Of a stretch of 32,000 nt of DNA, positions 1 to 9,447 are shown one piece after another. The DNA is taken from positions 300,001-332,000 of the forward strand of contig CAVRAI010000004.1 in the NCBI GenBank assembly GCA_963718915.1, read 5' to 3'. The notes under the pieces are model-generated. The model ran no database searches and was not told where the DNA came from. It saw only the letters and a list, made by a program, of their open reading frames with translations. The DNA is from an uncultured Chloroflexia bacterium (GTDB lineage: Bacteria; Chloroflexota; Ktedonobacteria; Ktedonobacterales; JADMIN01). The position numbers and the translations under genes are program-made. Position 1 is the stretch's first letter. Each line of letters starts with the position of its first letter.

Positions 1-429
1 GGCCTGCGAGCCACCGAAGGCGGGGACGGTCATCATGACCTCGCCATTCTCGACCGCGACGTCGCCAACATTATATTCGATGCCCAGGCCAAGCCGCGCC
101 GCCAGTCGCGCCGCGACATCGCGCCCATAGTTGGTGCCGCCAAAGAGCACCAGACGTGGCTGATGCTGCTGGATCAGCGCCGCCAGCGCCTCAACATGTG
201 GCTGCGTCAGATATTCGTCGTAGACGCTGCCCTCGGAGGCGTAGACGGTCTGCACACCGCATGCGCCCAGGTCAGCTGCGGCGGCCTGCGTATTCGTGCC
301 AAGGGCGACGACTGCGGACGATCCGCCCAGCGTGCCCGCCAGCTCGGCGGCCTTGCTCGCCAGTTGCAGCGAGATGCTCGCCAGCTTGCCGCCGTTGATT
401 TCCGCCAATGCCCAAATGTCGTTCGCCAT
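1..429 (-). CDS. etfA: Electron transfer flavoprotein alpha subunit, N-terminal part (gene continues past the left window edge)
   Basis: My translation of the minus strand from ATG 429..427 gives MANDIWALAEINGGKLASISLQLASKAAELAGTLGG...PRLVLFGGTNYGRDVAARLAARLGLG and stays open to position 1. It starts 2 nt after the etfB stop with an AGAAGG RBS. The etfB-etfA order is typical. Confidence 0.8.
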   Translation of the reverse strand, partial: MANDIWALAEINGGKLASISLQLASKAAELAGTLGGSSAVVALGTNTQAAAADLGACGVQTVYASEGSVYDEYLTQPHVEALAALIQQHQPRLVLFGGTNYGRDVAARLAARLGLGIEYNVGDVAVENGEVMMTVPAFGGSQA

Positions 430-431
430 CG

Positions 432-1208
432 TTAGAGCACCTTCTGTTCTGCGAGGAAAGCCACGACACGCTCGGCGGCGCCATCGTTGCCCATGTAGAT
501 CTCGCCCTTACGCTGTGTCGCGATTTTGTCCGCGCTGAGCGCCTTCTCACCAGACGCGCCCGCCCCGACCTTGCTGGCATCGATGCCCAGGTCTGCAAGG
601 CTCATCGTGTCGATGGGCTTCTTCTTGGACTGCATGATCCCCTTCATCGAAGGGTACCGCGGCTCGTTGATGGACTTCATGACGCTCACAAGCGCGGGCG
701 TCTGGGCCTCGACCACGTTATAGCCGACCTCCGCCGCGCGCTCGATCTTCACGGTTGTGCCGTCGATATCCAGTTTCGTGGCGAACGAGAGCAGGGGCAA
801 CCCCAGGAACTCGGCGACGGCGCTTGGCACGATGCCGCCGTACGAATCGGCGGCTGCGCTGCCGAAGAGCACCAGATCGAAGCCGATGTTTTGGAGCGCG
901 GCTGCCAGCACGCGCGAGGTGGCCACTGCGTCTGATCCAGCCAGCGCCGTATCCGTCACCAGAACGCCTCGGTCGGCGCCCATCGCCAGCGCCTTGCGGA
1001 TCGTGTCCGTGGCGGTTTCTGGCCCCATGCAGAGCACGATGGTCTCGCCACCGTGTTTCTCTTGCTGGCGCAGACCCTCCTCGATGGTGTATTCATCGAA
1101 AGGGTTCATAATCGCGTCCTCTTTGCGTCGCTCCAGTCGCATATTGGCGTCGAAGCGTTTCTCCGCCGTGGTTGACGGCGTCTCCTTCATGCAGATAACA
1201 ATCTTCAC
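432..1208 (-). CDS. etfB: Electron transfer flavoprotein beta subunit
   Basis: ORF 432..1280 trimmed to GTG at 1208 (VKIVICMKETP...), which is preceded by GGAGG 8 nt upstream. The sequence KIVICMKETP...NPFDEYTIEEGLR...VLCMGPE...ALAMGADRGVLV is EtfB-like. Confidence 0.9.
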   Translation of the reverse strand: MKIVICMKETPSTTAEKRFDANMRLERRKEDAIMNPFDEYTIEEGLRQQEKHGGETIVLCMGPETATDTIRKALAMGADRGVLVTDTALAGSDAVATSRVLAAALQNIGFDLVLFGSAAADSYGGIVPSAVAEFLGLPLLSFATKLDIDGTTVKIERAAEVGYNVVEAQTPALVSVMKSINEPRYPSMKGIMQSKKKPIDTMSLADLGIDASKVGAGASGEKALSADKIATQRKGEIYMGNDGAAERVVAFLAEQKVL

Positions 1209-1702
1209 CAGGTCGTACCTCCAGATATCGCTAGCGGCCTGCGTAGGAGAATCAGCGGCCAGCACGCAGTCGCGGGTCACCGAAATAGTCAGGTGTTAGC
1301 TGGGCCGCTCTCACGGCGATGAGTCGAGCGGTGGGACGCCGACCGGCAGGAATCGTTCGGCAGGTATGAATGCCGACGGCATGAGCGCCGATAGCATACG
1401 AGACGAACGCCCTTGTCCGCTCAAGACAAATCACTCGAATTGTAGCTGGGCCGGGAATAGCCTGTCAATGTGTAGCTAGCTGACGTGCCGGGCCGCAAAG
1501 TCGCTCAGTGGTTGCCATCGTACCGTTATGGTCACGCTCATAACGGTTGTGGACGGCCCTGTGGCGCCGCATAGTGTCTGTGCTGTCCCATTGGACAGGG
1601 TTTCAAAGAGGAACTGGTGGTACGATATTCCTCATACACTATTGAGAAGCATGATACCGCGACATAGCACGTATTGTGATAGTTCCGTGAGGGTGGGGGC
1701 AC

Positions 1703-3019
1703 ATGGGGAGCGTGCGCGCCTGGGTTGGTGGGCGGATGCCGACGTTGCCGAACTATTCACGTAACGTCAAGCTCATTCTCCTCTATACGTTGGGCAAGGG
1801 CTTCCAGATTTACATTGGTCAGGTCACCACCAACCTCTACGTCTATAGCCTCGGCTACCACGAGGACTTCATCGGGTTGGTCGCCGCGATGCCCGCGATT
1901 GCAGCGCTGTTCGCGGGGATTCCTCTTGGATTACTTGCCGACCGTGTCGGACGCAAGCCGCTGCTGCTGATTAGTGGTTTACTCAACCCGCTGGCGTTGG
2001 TCGCGATTGGCCTCAGCACATCGGTACCCTCACTGCTGATTTTCAGTTTCTTGAATGGCGTGTTCGGCTCTGCCTATTGGGTGACTATTCTGCCAATTCT
2101 CACTGAAAGCACTAGCGACGATGAACAGGTTGGCGTGCTGGCAATTAACAGTTTTCTCCTGCTAGGCGTTGGCGCAATCGGCAGCTTGATCGGCGGCCTC
2201 ATCCCAGAACTGGTCTCGGTCATCATCCATCAGCCCGCGCTCTCGCCAGTCCCGTTGCGGTTCGGCCTGCTGGCAGCGGCCACAGCTACATTCCTACCGG
2301 TTCTTCCACTGTTCACGCTCGATGAGATGCCGTCGTCCCGAACCAGAACGGAGGCGGCTCCCGTTCCCGTTCCAGATACAACGGCTGCCCATGCTGAGCC
2401 TGTGCCGCAACCCGCGCCCGCGCCACAGCGGATGGAGCGGAAAGCGCTCGTCGTGCTGTTTGTGAAGTTGCTGCTGCCCGATATGCTGGCGACGACCGGC
2501 GAGGGCACGGTGGTCGGCTTGCTCCAGCTCTACTTCGTGCTCAAGTTCAATATGCAGCCCGGTTCGCTGGGCGCGCTCTTCACACTGGCGGGCCTGATCG
2601 GCGGGGCGACTGCGCTCAACGCGCCGCGCATCGTGCGCCGCTGGGGCAAGCTCCGCACGGCGACGACGATGCAGTATCTGAGCGCGCCCGCGATGCTGAT
2701 TACCGGGCTAGCGCCGGTGCTGCCGCTGGCCGCTGCGGGGGAGTTCTCGCGCATTGTGCTGCGGGGTCTCTTCGATCCCACATACGCTTCATTTACGATG
2801 GATCAGGTCTCTTCACGTTATCGCGCGACGCTCAGCGGCTTCTATAGCGTTACCTGGAGCCTCGGTTTCGCCATTGGGCCGACACTCGCTGGCTGGATTT
2901 TCCAGCATGTTGGCACGTTGCCTGTGTTTATCGTCGGTGCTATCTGTCTGGCAAGTGCGGCGACGCTGCTGCGGCTCTTCTTTGGCAGTTCCGCTCGCCC
3001 GACCGCGCCGAGTGCGTGA
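1703..3019 (+). CDS. MFS transporter
   Basis: 438-aa ORF with about 12 hydrophobic segments. It carries the MFS loop motif GLLADRVGRKPLL and a Pro/Ala-rich central cytoplasmic loop. The start could instead be ATG 1736. Confidence 0.8.
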   Translation: MGSVRAWVGGRMPTLPNYSRNVKLILLYTLGKGFQIYIGQVTTNLYVYSLGYHEDFIGLVAAMPAIAALFAGIPLGLLADRVGRKPLLLISGLLNPLALVAIGLSTSVPSLLIFSFLNGVFGSAYWVTILPILTESTSDDEQVGVLAINSFLLLGVGAIGSLIGGLIPELVSVIIHQPALSPVPLRFGLLAAATATFLPVLPLFTLDEMPSSRTRTEAAPVPVPDTTAAHAEPVPQPAPAPQRMERKALVVLFVKLLLPDMLATTGEGTVVGLLQLYFVLKFNMQPGSLGALFTLAGLIGGATALNAPRIVRRWGKLRTATTMQYLSAPAMLITGLAPVLPLAAAGEFSRIVLRGLFDPTYASFTMDQVSSRYRATLSGFYSVTWSLGFAIGPTLAGWIFQHVGTLPVFIVGAICLASAATLLRLFFGSSARPTAPSA

Positions 3020-3206
3020 GACGGGAGGAGATCCTGGCGATCGAGGATGCGCCCTGCCAGCAGCGCGCCTGCCCCTGCGCATTGAGCGCGCTGTGCTAGA
3101 ATGCCTGCGGACAATTGGCAAGGGCGCTATGGCAGCGCGGCTAATTCGAGGAGGAAGCGGGCTATGACATCATCCTGGGTGGATGCGGGCGAAGTGACTT
3201 CTCCAG

Positions 3207-3875
3207 GTGGAGGTGGTCTTCCTCCTCGACTGCGACAACACCCTGCTCGATAACGATGCCGTCAAGACCGACATGGATGCGCAACTGCGCGAGCTGCTCG
3301 GCGTCACGATGGCCGAAACATTCTGGCGCGAATACGAAGAGGTGCGGCGGCTGACCGGAACGGTTGACCTGCCGCTCACCTTCGAGCGCTTCGACGAGCG
3401 CCACCCCGACCCTGCCAGCGCGGCGCTCCTTCGCTCCATCATCATGGATTATCCGTTCGCCAGCCGTGTCTTCCCGGAAACCATGGCAACCATCGCCTAT
3501 CTCAAGACCCTTGGCCTGCCGACCATTGTCTCCGATGGTGACAGCGTCTACCAGCCGCACAAGATCGAGCACAGCGGGCTGGCGGCGGCGGTCAACTGGC
3601 AGGCGGTTATCTACGTCCACAAAGAAGACCACATCGACGAGATTATGGCTCGCTGGCCCGCGCCGTTCTACGTCGTGGTGGATGATAAGGGGCGCATTCT
3701 CACCGCACTCAAGAGCCGCATGCCCGACCGCTTCGTGACCGTGCATGTGGCGCAGGGCCACTATGCCCAGGCGACGCCGCCCGAGACGCCACCGCCCGAT
3801 ATCAGCATCGCGTCCATCGGTGAGTTGCGCGACTTCACCCTCGCCGACTTCCGCGCCCACCTGCGTCCGCGCTAG
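3207..3875 (+). CDS. HAD-superfamily hydrolase
   Basis: N-terminal FLLDCDNTLLD matches HAD motif I (DxDxT). Later motifs are SDGD and VVVDDK. GTG start. The stop overlaps the convergent methyltransferase stop at 3872..3875. Confidence 0.7.
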   Translation: MEVVFLLDCDNTLLDNDAVKTDMDAQLRELLGVTMAETFWREYEEVRRLTGTVDLPLTFERFDERHPDPASAALLRSIIMDYPFASRVFPETMATIAYLKTLGLPTIVSDGDSVYQPHKIEHSGLAAAVNWQAVIYVHKEDHIDEIMARWPAPFYVVVDDKGRILTALKSRMPDRFVTVHVAQGHYAQATPPETPPPDISIASIGELRDFTLADFRAHLRPR

Positions 3876-4696
3876 CGCACGAGGGCTGCCCGCGCTACCT
3901 TGAATGAGTGTGGCGAGTTTTGCGGGGTATCCATCCTGCCTTTGTAGTAGCGCTCGGTCCAGGCGGTGAGTTGACGAATAGACTCGGCGAAGGCATCTTC
4001 GGGCGCGGGCCAGGTGCGCGACCAGGTGCGGCTGGCGATGTATTGTAGCGCCGAACGCGGCGTCTGCTCCACCTCCCAGGCGGCCAGCATCGCGATGGTG
4101 ACAGCCAGCCCGCGCCGCGTCAGTTCGTCTACAATCGCCTGGAAGCCAGGCGCGCCAACGGTGATTGGTGGATGCCCCAGCCGCGCGATGATGTCGCGCC
4201 ACTGATCCTGGATCATCGCGTGGGGATAGCCCCCACCATGCACATCCTGACCGATGAGCAACGCGCCTCCAGGGCGAAGCACTCGCAACGTCTCGTCCAG
4301 CGCCTTGCGCCATTCAGGCACAAGATGCAGCACATGCACACCCACCGCCGCGTCGAAACTGTCGTCGGCGAAGGGCAGCGCCGTCATATCCGCCATTTCT
4401 AGCGTCAGCGCGCCCCACGAACGTTCCGGCTCAACTGCCTGTTGTTGCGCCAGTTTCGCGCGCAATCGCTCGACCATGAGCGGCGAGATGTCTACCCCGG
4501 TGACGTTCACCCCTTCGCTCAGCAGTGGCAGAGCGATACGCCCGGTGCCAATTCCGATCTCCAGCAGGCGACTACCGGCGGCTACCGGCCCCACACGCAT
4601 CAATCCCATGGCAATGCGCTCCGCCACCTCGGCGGAATATCCACGTGTGTCATCATAACGGTCGGCGACGGGATCGAACGAAATAGAGCCGGACAT
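3872..4696 (-). CDS. Class I SAM-dependent methyltransferase
   Basis: ORF 3872..4762 trimmed to ATG 4696 (MSGSISFDPVADRYDD), with an AAGGA RBS upstream. SAM-binding motif I is LLEIGIGTGRIA. Confidence 0.85.
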   Translation of the reverse strand: MSGSISFDPVADRYDDTRGYSAEVAERIAMGLMRVGPVAAGSRLLEIGIGTGRIALPLLSEGVNVTGVDISPLMVERLRAKLAQQQAVEPERSWGALTLEMADMTALPFADDSFDAAVGVHVLHLVPEWRKALDETLRVLRPGGALLIGQDVHGGGYPHAMIQDQWRDIIARLGHPPITVGAPGFQAIVDELTRRGLAVTIAMLAAWEVEQTPRSALQYIASRTWSRTWPAPEDAFAESIRQLTAWTERYYKGRMDTPQNSPHSFKVARAALVR

Positions 4697-4755
4697 AGCG
4701 CCATCCTTCACTGTTCTCAGAAAAATACACCCAATTACATCGTAGCGCAGGATCG

Positions 4756-5223
4756 TCAGCACTCTTCGGTTGGCGGCAACCCGCGCTGCTTTGAGAAGCG
4801 CACCGAGGAGATGGTGTAGCCACGGCTACGATAAAGCTGGAGCGCCGCCTCGTTGTCGGGTGAGGTGGTCAGCTCGACATAGGCGAATCCGTGCTCTTCG
4901 AGGAAAAAGCGTTCCGCCGCATCGAGCAGATGCATGGCGACGCCGCGACGGCGCGAGGCGGGATGCACTAGTAACTCATGGATGTACCCAACCAGTTCCT
5001 CGCGCTCTGGCTGCACCTGGGCAGTGGCCAGCAACAGCCCAACAAGCATCTCCTCTTCGCCAGCGCCTTCGACCGCCACCCAGAGCAGCCCCTGGCCTGT
5101 TTTCAGCAGCGCCAGGCTTGCCCGGCCACGCGCGGTCGCGGAGGGAACCGATGTTCGTGCCGCAATCCGATCAGCATCGGTTGCCAGGCGGACACTGATG
5201 GGCCGCTCGCTCACGGTGGTCAC
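4756..5223 (-). CDS. GNAT family N-acetyltransferase
   Basis: 155 aa. The acetyl-CoA motif A is HPASRRRGVAMHLL, and the C-terminal LYRSRGY is typical of GNATs. GTG start. Confidence 0.85.
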   Translation of the reverse strand: MTTVSERPISVRLATDADRIAARTSVPSATARGRASLALLKTGQGLLWVAVEGAGEEEMLVGLLLATAQVQPEREELVGYIHELLVHPASRRRGVAMHLLDAAERFFLEEHGFAYVELTTSPDNEAALQLYRSRGYTISSVRFSKQRGLPPTEEC

Positions 5224-5313
5224 GCCGCATTACCCTTTCTACCTTGGAGACGTTTCCGTGCGCCGCACAGCCAGCAGCGTCTATACCCAGTATATCAAAC
5301 GTTGCGCCTGAAC

Positions 5314-5343
5314 TTGACGCGCGATTCTCTACGTGGCTACGCT
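5314..5343 (+). promoter_or_regulatory. Putative sigma70-like promoter for the LLM oxidoreductase gene
   Basis: TTGACG (5314..5319), an 18-nt spacer, then TACGCT (5338..5343), about 40 nt upstream of the GTG start. Based on pattern only. Confidence 0.25.
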
Positions 5344-5383
5344 GTGTGTAAAGTGGCAGACTGGTCAACGAAAGGGACATCGT

Positions 5384-6463
5384 GTGAACGCGGATGAGAC
5401 AACGAGTTCGTCGGATACGCCCGTGGCGAGCGACGCGACTACGCCGTTGCGCATTGGTATCGTGGCGGATGCTCCAACGTTTCCGGGTCACTGGGACGCC
5501 ATCCGGGAGAATGTCCGAGTGGCCGATAGCCTGGGCTTTGATTCTGTCTGGCTGGGCGAAGCCTGGGGCTACGAACTCTTCACCTCGCTGGCCGATCTGC
5601 TGCGGGTGACGACACGGATGAAGCTGGGCGCGGGCATCGCCAATATTTTCTCACGCTCGCCCGCGGTTATCGCCGCCACCGCCGCGACATTGGACGAGCG
5701 ATCAGGCGGGCGGATGGTGCTTGGCCTCGGCTCATCCGGGCCACAGGTGGTCGAGCACTGGCATGGCGTCCCATTCTCACAGCCGCTCCAGCGGACCCGC
5801 GAGTACGTCCAGATTATCAACGCGATTCTGCGCCGTGAACCGCTGAATTTCAAAGGCGAGATTTTCTCGCTGGAGCGGGGATTTACCATCCGTTTCACGC
5901 CACTTCGCGATCATATCCCCATCTACCTCGCATCACTTGGTCCGAAGAATATTCAGTTGGCCGGAGAGGTTGCCGATGGCATTCTGCCGACCTACTGGCC
6001 CGCGCGCGACTATTCTGACTTGCGCGCGCAACTCGATGCCGGATCGGAGAAAGCGGGACGATCAGCAGGCTCAGTGAGCATCGCGCCGTATCTCACGGTA
6101 GTCATTGTGCTGGATGAGGCGGAGCGCGCTTCGGCACGTCTGCGCGCCGCCGGGCCAGTTGCTTTCTACGTCGGGCGCATGGGCACGTTCTATGCGGAGA
6201 TGCTCAGTCGCCACGGATTCAGCGAGGATGTGGCCGCGATTATCAAAGGCTGGGAAAGTGGTTACAAGAGCGCGATTGCCTCGGTGAGTGATCGACTGCT
6301 CGAGGCCACGGCGATCATCGGCACGCCAGATGAGGTGGTAGCGCGGCTGCGTGCATGGCAGGCGCTGGGCATGAATGAGCCGCTGATTAGCATGCCAGAT
6401 GGCGCCCCAGACCAGGTGGCAGCCCGGTTGGAGGCGCTTGCCCGTGCGGCTGGCCTGCACTGA
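5384..6463 (+). CDS. LLM-class (luciferase-like) flavin/F420-dependent oxidoreductase
   Basis: ORF 5333..6463. I favour GTG 5384, which has GAAAGGGA 6 nt upstream. LRIGIV...FDSVWLGEAWGYE...GRMVLGLGSSGPQVVEHWHG is typical of the LLM family. Cofactor specificity is not decidable from sequence alone. Confidence 0.8.
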   Translation: MNADETTSSSDTPVASDATTPLRIGIVADAPTFPGHWDAIRENVRVADSLGFDSVWLGEAWGYELFTSLADLLRVTTRMKLGAGIANIFSRSPAVIAATAATLDERSGGRMVLGLGSSGPQVVEHWHGVPFSQPLQRTREYVQIINAILRREPLNFKGEIFSLERGFTIRFTPLRDHIPIYLASLGPKNIQLAGEVADGILPTYWPARDYSDLRAQLDAGSEKAGRSAGSVSIAPYLTVVIVLDEAERASARLRAAGPVAFYVGRMGTFYAEMLSRHGFSEDVAAIIKGWESGYKSAIASVSDRLLEATAIIGTPDEVVARLRAWQALGMNEPLISMPDGAPDQVAARLEALARAAGLH

Positions 6464-6519
6464 CGGCAACCATTGCGCCTTGACGAAGCGCTCGTATGTA
6501 TGCTAAGGTGAGAGCACAT

Positions 6520-6595
<76 letters not shown>

Positions 6596-6599
6596 GATC

Positions 6600-6641
6600 A
6601 CAGCGGCCTCCTGGTTCATTCTAGGGGCCGCTGTCCGTTTT
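6600..6641 (+). terminator. Putative intrinsic terminator after tRNA-Pro
   Basis: ACAGCGGCC (6600..6608) pairs perfectly with GGCCGCTGT (6626..6634). A TTTT run follows at 6638..6641. Confidence 0.45.
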
Positions 6642-6730
6642 CGCGCAGAAGGAATCCGCTCAATTGCCCGGCTCTCGCCTGATCGCGGTCGAACAGGCGA
6701 TGCAGGTCTGAATCTGGCAGGTGGTGAACC

Positions 6731-7312
6731 ATGGCGGTGCGTCTGGCAGCTATTCAGGCATCGGTGGCGACAACCTGGACGTTTGTGCAATCTACTCCAG
6801 CGTCCCCCGCGATGGCAGCAGGCATCTACACGGCAGCGCTGTATAGCCTGCATGCGTTGCTTCAGGCCGATGACGAGCAGATCCAGGGCTGGTGGCGCGC
6901 GGCGCTACTGCTGAGCGACCAGAGCCGAGGCATGCTTCTCGATACACTTGGCGCTTCATCGCTGGCGCAGGGCGAGTTGCGGCTTGCCGCGTTACGCGAC
7001 CTGCCCGAGATCACTATGCTTGGCAGCCTCGACGACATTCACACCATTATCAGCGGCGCGATAGGTATTGGCGCGCCCCGCTACAATGCGGGCGACATTA
7101 TCGGCTGCTGCACCATCTATTGGGCGACGATGGTGGCGCTGGTTGCCGCCCCGGTCTTTCGCGGATTCCCAGGCTATGCGAAAGCGATGGCGCCGCTCCG
7201 GGAGATTGTCGAGCAGACACCACCACCACTGCCTATCATCGGGCAGGGAATCGACGAATTTGCGTGGCAGCTCCGCCACGCGCTGGATGCTGTGCTGGCG
7301 ATTAAAGGGTAG
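6731..7312 (+). CDS. Hypothetical protein, no family recognised
   Basis: 193-aa ORF whose codon usage resembles the neighbouring genes. AGGTGGTG lies just upstream of the ATG. I recognise no motifs. Confidence 0.55.
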   Translation: MAVRLAAIQASVATTWTFVQSTPASPAMAAGIYTAALYSLHALLQADDEQIQGWWRAALLLSDQSRGMLLDTLGASSLAQGELRLAALRDLPEITMLGSLDDIHTIISGAIGIGAPRYNAGDIIGCCTIYWATMVALVAAPVFRGFPGYAKAMAPLREIVEQTPPPLPIIGQGIDEFAWQLRHALDAVLAIKG

Positions 7313-7432
7313 CACAGATTATCAGGCCGCTTGGACGCGGCATCTGCCACACAATCAACCCGCGGACGCTTACGCCTTCGGCAGGTGTCCGCACGAGAAC
7401 CGATCGTACGGCGAGGACAAGGAGTGGATTTG

Positions 7433-8209
7433 ATGACCCTACCACGGAATGATGGCACGATAGACTGGCGTGAGTGGCTGGGGCGCTGGGATCGCCAGCA
7501 GACACGCTACCTGCCTTTCCGCGAGGAACGCTTCAACGCGATGTTCGATGCGCTGGAGGCGTTGCTGCCGCCTGATTTTGTCGCGCTCGATCTGGGGTGT
7601 GGCCCTGGCTCGCTCAGTCAGCGCCTCCTGGAGCGCTTTCCGAAGGCGCGCGCCATCGCGGTAGACCAGGATCCCTTGTTGTTGGCGATGGGTCAGGGCG
7701 CGCTCGGCGACGTTGGTGGGCGGCTGCGCTGGATAGATGCAAACCTGCGCGAGCCTTCCTGGCGCGAGCGTATCGGCGTAGAATCGGTTGATGTGGCTCT
7801 TAGCACGACAGCGTTGCACTGGCTGCCGCCCGATCAGCTCGTTCGTCTCTACACCGAGTTGGGGACGCTGATTCGCCCTGATGGCCTCTTCCTCAACGGT
7901 GACCACATGGCCTACGCGCCTGGCATGGAGCCGTTCGCGCGGGTGCGAGAGTTGGTACGCGAGCGCGAAGAGCGGGCCGCTGAGCAGGACGGGGCCGAGA
8001 GCTGGCGTGGTTGGTGGGATTCTGTCACAAGCGAGCCAGCGCTCGCCGAGCTAGTCGCCGAGCGTGAGCGCCGCCTGCCCGAGAGCGCTCATGGCGACTT
8101 TGAACTGACCTACGACCTTCATGCCGCCGCACTCGGCAATGCGGGCTTCCGCTCGGTCGGCGTGCTATGGCAGCGCATCGACGACCGTGTTCTCCTTGCC
8201 GTGCGGTAA
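7433..8209 (+). CDS. Class I SAM-dependent methyltransferase
   Basis: ORF 7331..8209 trimmed to ATG 7433 (MTLPRNDG), with AAGGAG upstream. Motif I is ALDLGCGPGSLS. The post-I acidic residue is in AIAVDQD. Confidence 0.8.
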   Translation: MTLPRNDGTIDWREWLGRWDRQQTRYLPFREERFNAMFDALEALLPPDFVALDLGCGPGSLSQRLLERFPKARAIAVDQDPLLLAMGQGALGDVGGRLRWIDANLREPSWRERIGVESVDVALSTTALHWLPPDQLVRLYTELGTLIRPDGLFLNGDHMAYAPGMEPFARVRELVREREERAAEQDGAESWRGWWDSVTSEPALAELVAERERRLPESAHGDFELTYDLHAAALGNAGFRSVGVLWQRIDDRVLLAVR

Positions 8210-8272
8210 GAAAGCCGCCCACTTGCCTGTCAGGAATCGAAAAAGGCAGGCTGGTCGCGCGCTCGCGGTGCG

Positions 8273-9199
8273 TTATTGTGGCGGCGACTCATGCGGCAGC
8301 GCCAGGCCGATGAGCTTATAGACCAGTTTGGCCGCGACGACCGGGCTGACATGCCCCTCAACCAGCGGCGATAGCTCCACGACGTCGAAACCGATGATCG
8401 TCCGTTGCGCCGCCACCGCACTGAGCAGTTCCATGACCTCATACCAGTCCAATCCTCCTGGTTCTGGCGTCCCGGTGCCAGGCACGAGCGATGGATCGAA
8501 GGCGTCGATATCAAAGGTGATATACACCTCGTCGCCCAGCGATCCGACCACCTCGTCCATCCAGCCGCGGTCACCGCGAAAGCGCCGGGAGGCGATGTCG
8601 CTGGCCAGCCAGAGCGGCAACTGACGCTCCTCGATCAGCCGCATCTCTGGCTCGCTGATGCTGCGCATGCCAACCTGTGCGGTGCGCTCGCAGACATCCA
8701 GCACGCGCCGCATAATGGTGGCGCTGCTGAGCGGATTTTCCTCGTATGATTCACGAAGATCGGTATGAGCGTCGATTTGTAGGACGGACATCCCAGGATA
8801 ACGCGCGGCAAAAGCGCGTATCACGCCGATAGAGATCGAGTGATCGCCGCCAAGTGTGGCCACGAATTTGCCGCGATCCAGCAATTGGCCTGTTACCTGC
8901 TCGATACGGTTAGTCATTGCTGCCGCATTGCCCATGATCGGCTCAATCGCGCGCAGGGTATGGATGCCTGCCTCACAGGGACTGCGCCGTAGCTCAGTGT
9001 CATACAGTTCCAGGTTGCGCGAGGCATCGATGATCGCCTGAGGGCCTTCGCGAGTGCCTGGCCGATAGCATGTGGTCGCGTCAAAGGGAACGGGAACGAC
9101 CACAACTCTGGCGGTCTCGAATGCGGTCAGCTCATCGTCGAGGTGCATGAAACCGCGGCTGGGCGCCAGGACATCGTCTAGTTCGGGCAAGACACTCAT
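8273..9199 (-). CDS. speB: Agmatinase / ureohydrolase (arginase family)
   Basis: The Mn-binding motifs GGDHSIS, QIDAHTDLR and FDIDAFDPS are all present. GAGGAG RBS lies 7 nt upstream of the ATG. Specificity for agmatine over other guanidino substrates is inferred. Confidence 0.75.
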   Translation of the reverse strand: MSVLPELDDVLAPSRGFMHLDDELTAFETARVVVVPVPFDATTCYRPGTREGPQAIIDASRNLELYDTELRRSPCEAGIHTLRAIEPIMGNAAAMTNRIEQVTGQLLDRGKFVATLGGDHSISIGVIRAFAARYPGMSVLQIDAHTDLRESYEENPLSSATIMRRVLDVCERTAQVGMRSISEPEMRLIEERQLPLWLASDIASRRFRGDRGWMDEVVGSLGDEVYITFDIDAFDPSLVPGTGTPEPGGLDWYEVMELLSAVAAQRTIIGFDVVELSPLVEGHVSPVVAAKLVYKLIGLALPHESPPQ

Positions 9200-9417
9200 C
9201 GTGATTCTCCTCGTTTCTTCTCATGGAATGCATGTGACGCTGACAGGCCGCAAGGGAATGGACTATGGATATACTGGTTGTGGCGGGTCATAGTCAAGAT
9301 GTCGTTTTCACTGGCAAAACACTGTCAGTATACGCCAGTTGACCGCAAACTCATGAGGTGGGCATGAAACTTGCTGTGCCAGATAGTGTGGTGTAATTCT
9401 GTGGACTTAGCGCTCAC

Positions 9418-9447
9418 TTGCGGAATCACTCTGCTGGGGGATACAAT
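9418..9447 (+). promoter_or_regulatory. Putative promoter of the RRM protein gene
   Basis: TTGCGG (9418..9423), an 18-nt spacer, then TACAAT (9442..9447). This would give a leader of about 160 nt. Confidence 0.3.

Noticed and set aside
3162-4313. A 383-aa minus-strand ORF spanning the HAD gene and part of the methyltransferase gene
   Set aside because: It runs antisense to the HAD hydrolase and out of frame with the methyltransferase. It has no motifs and is Arg/Ala-rich.
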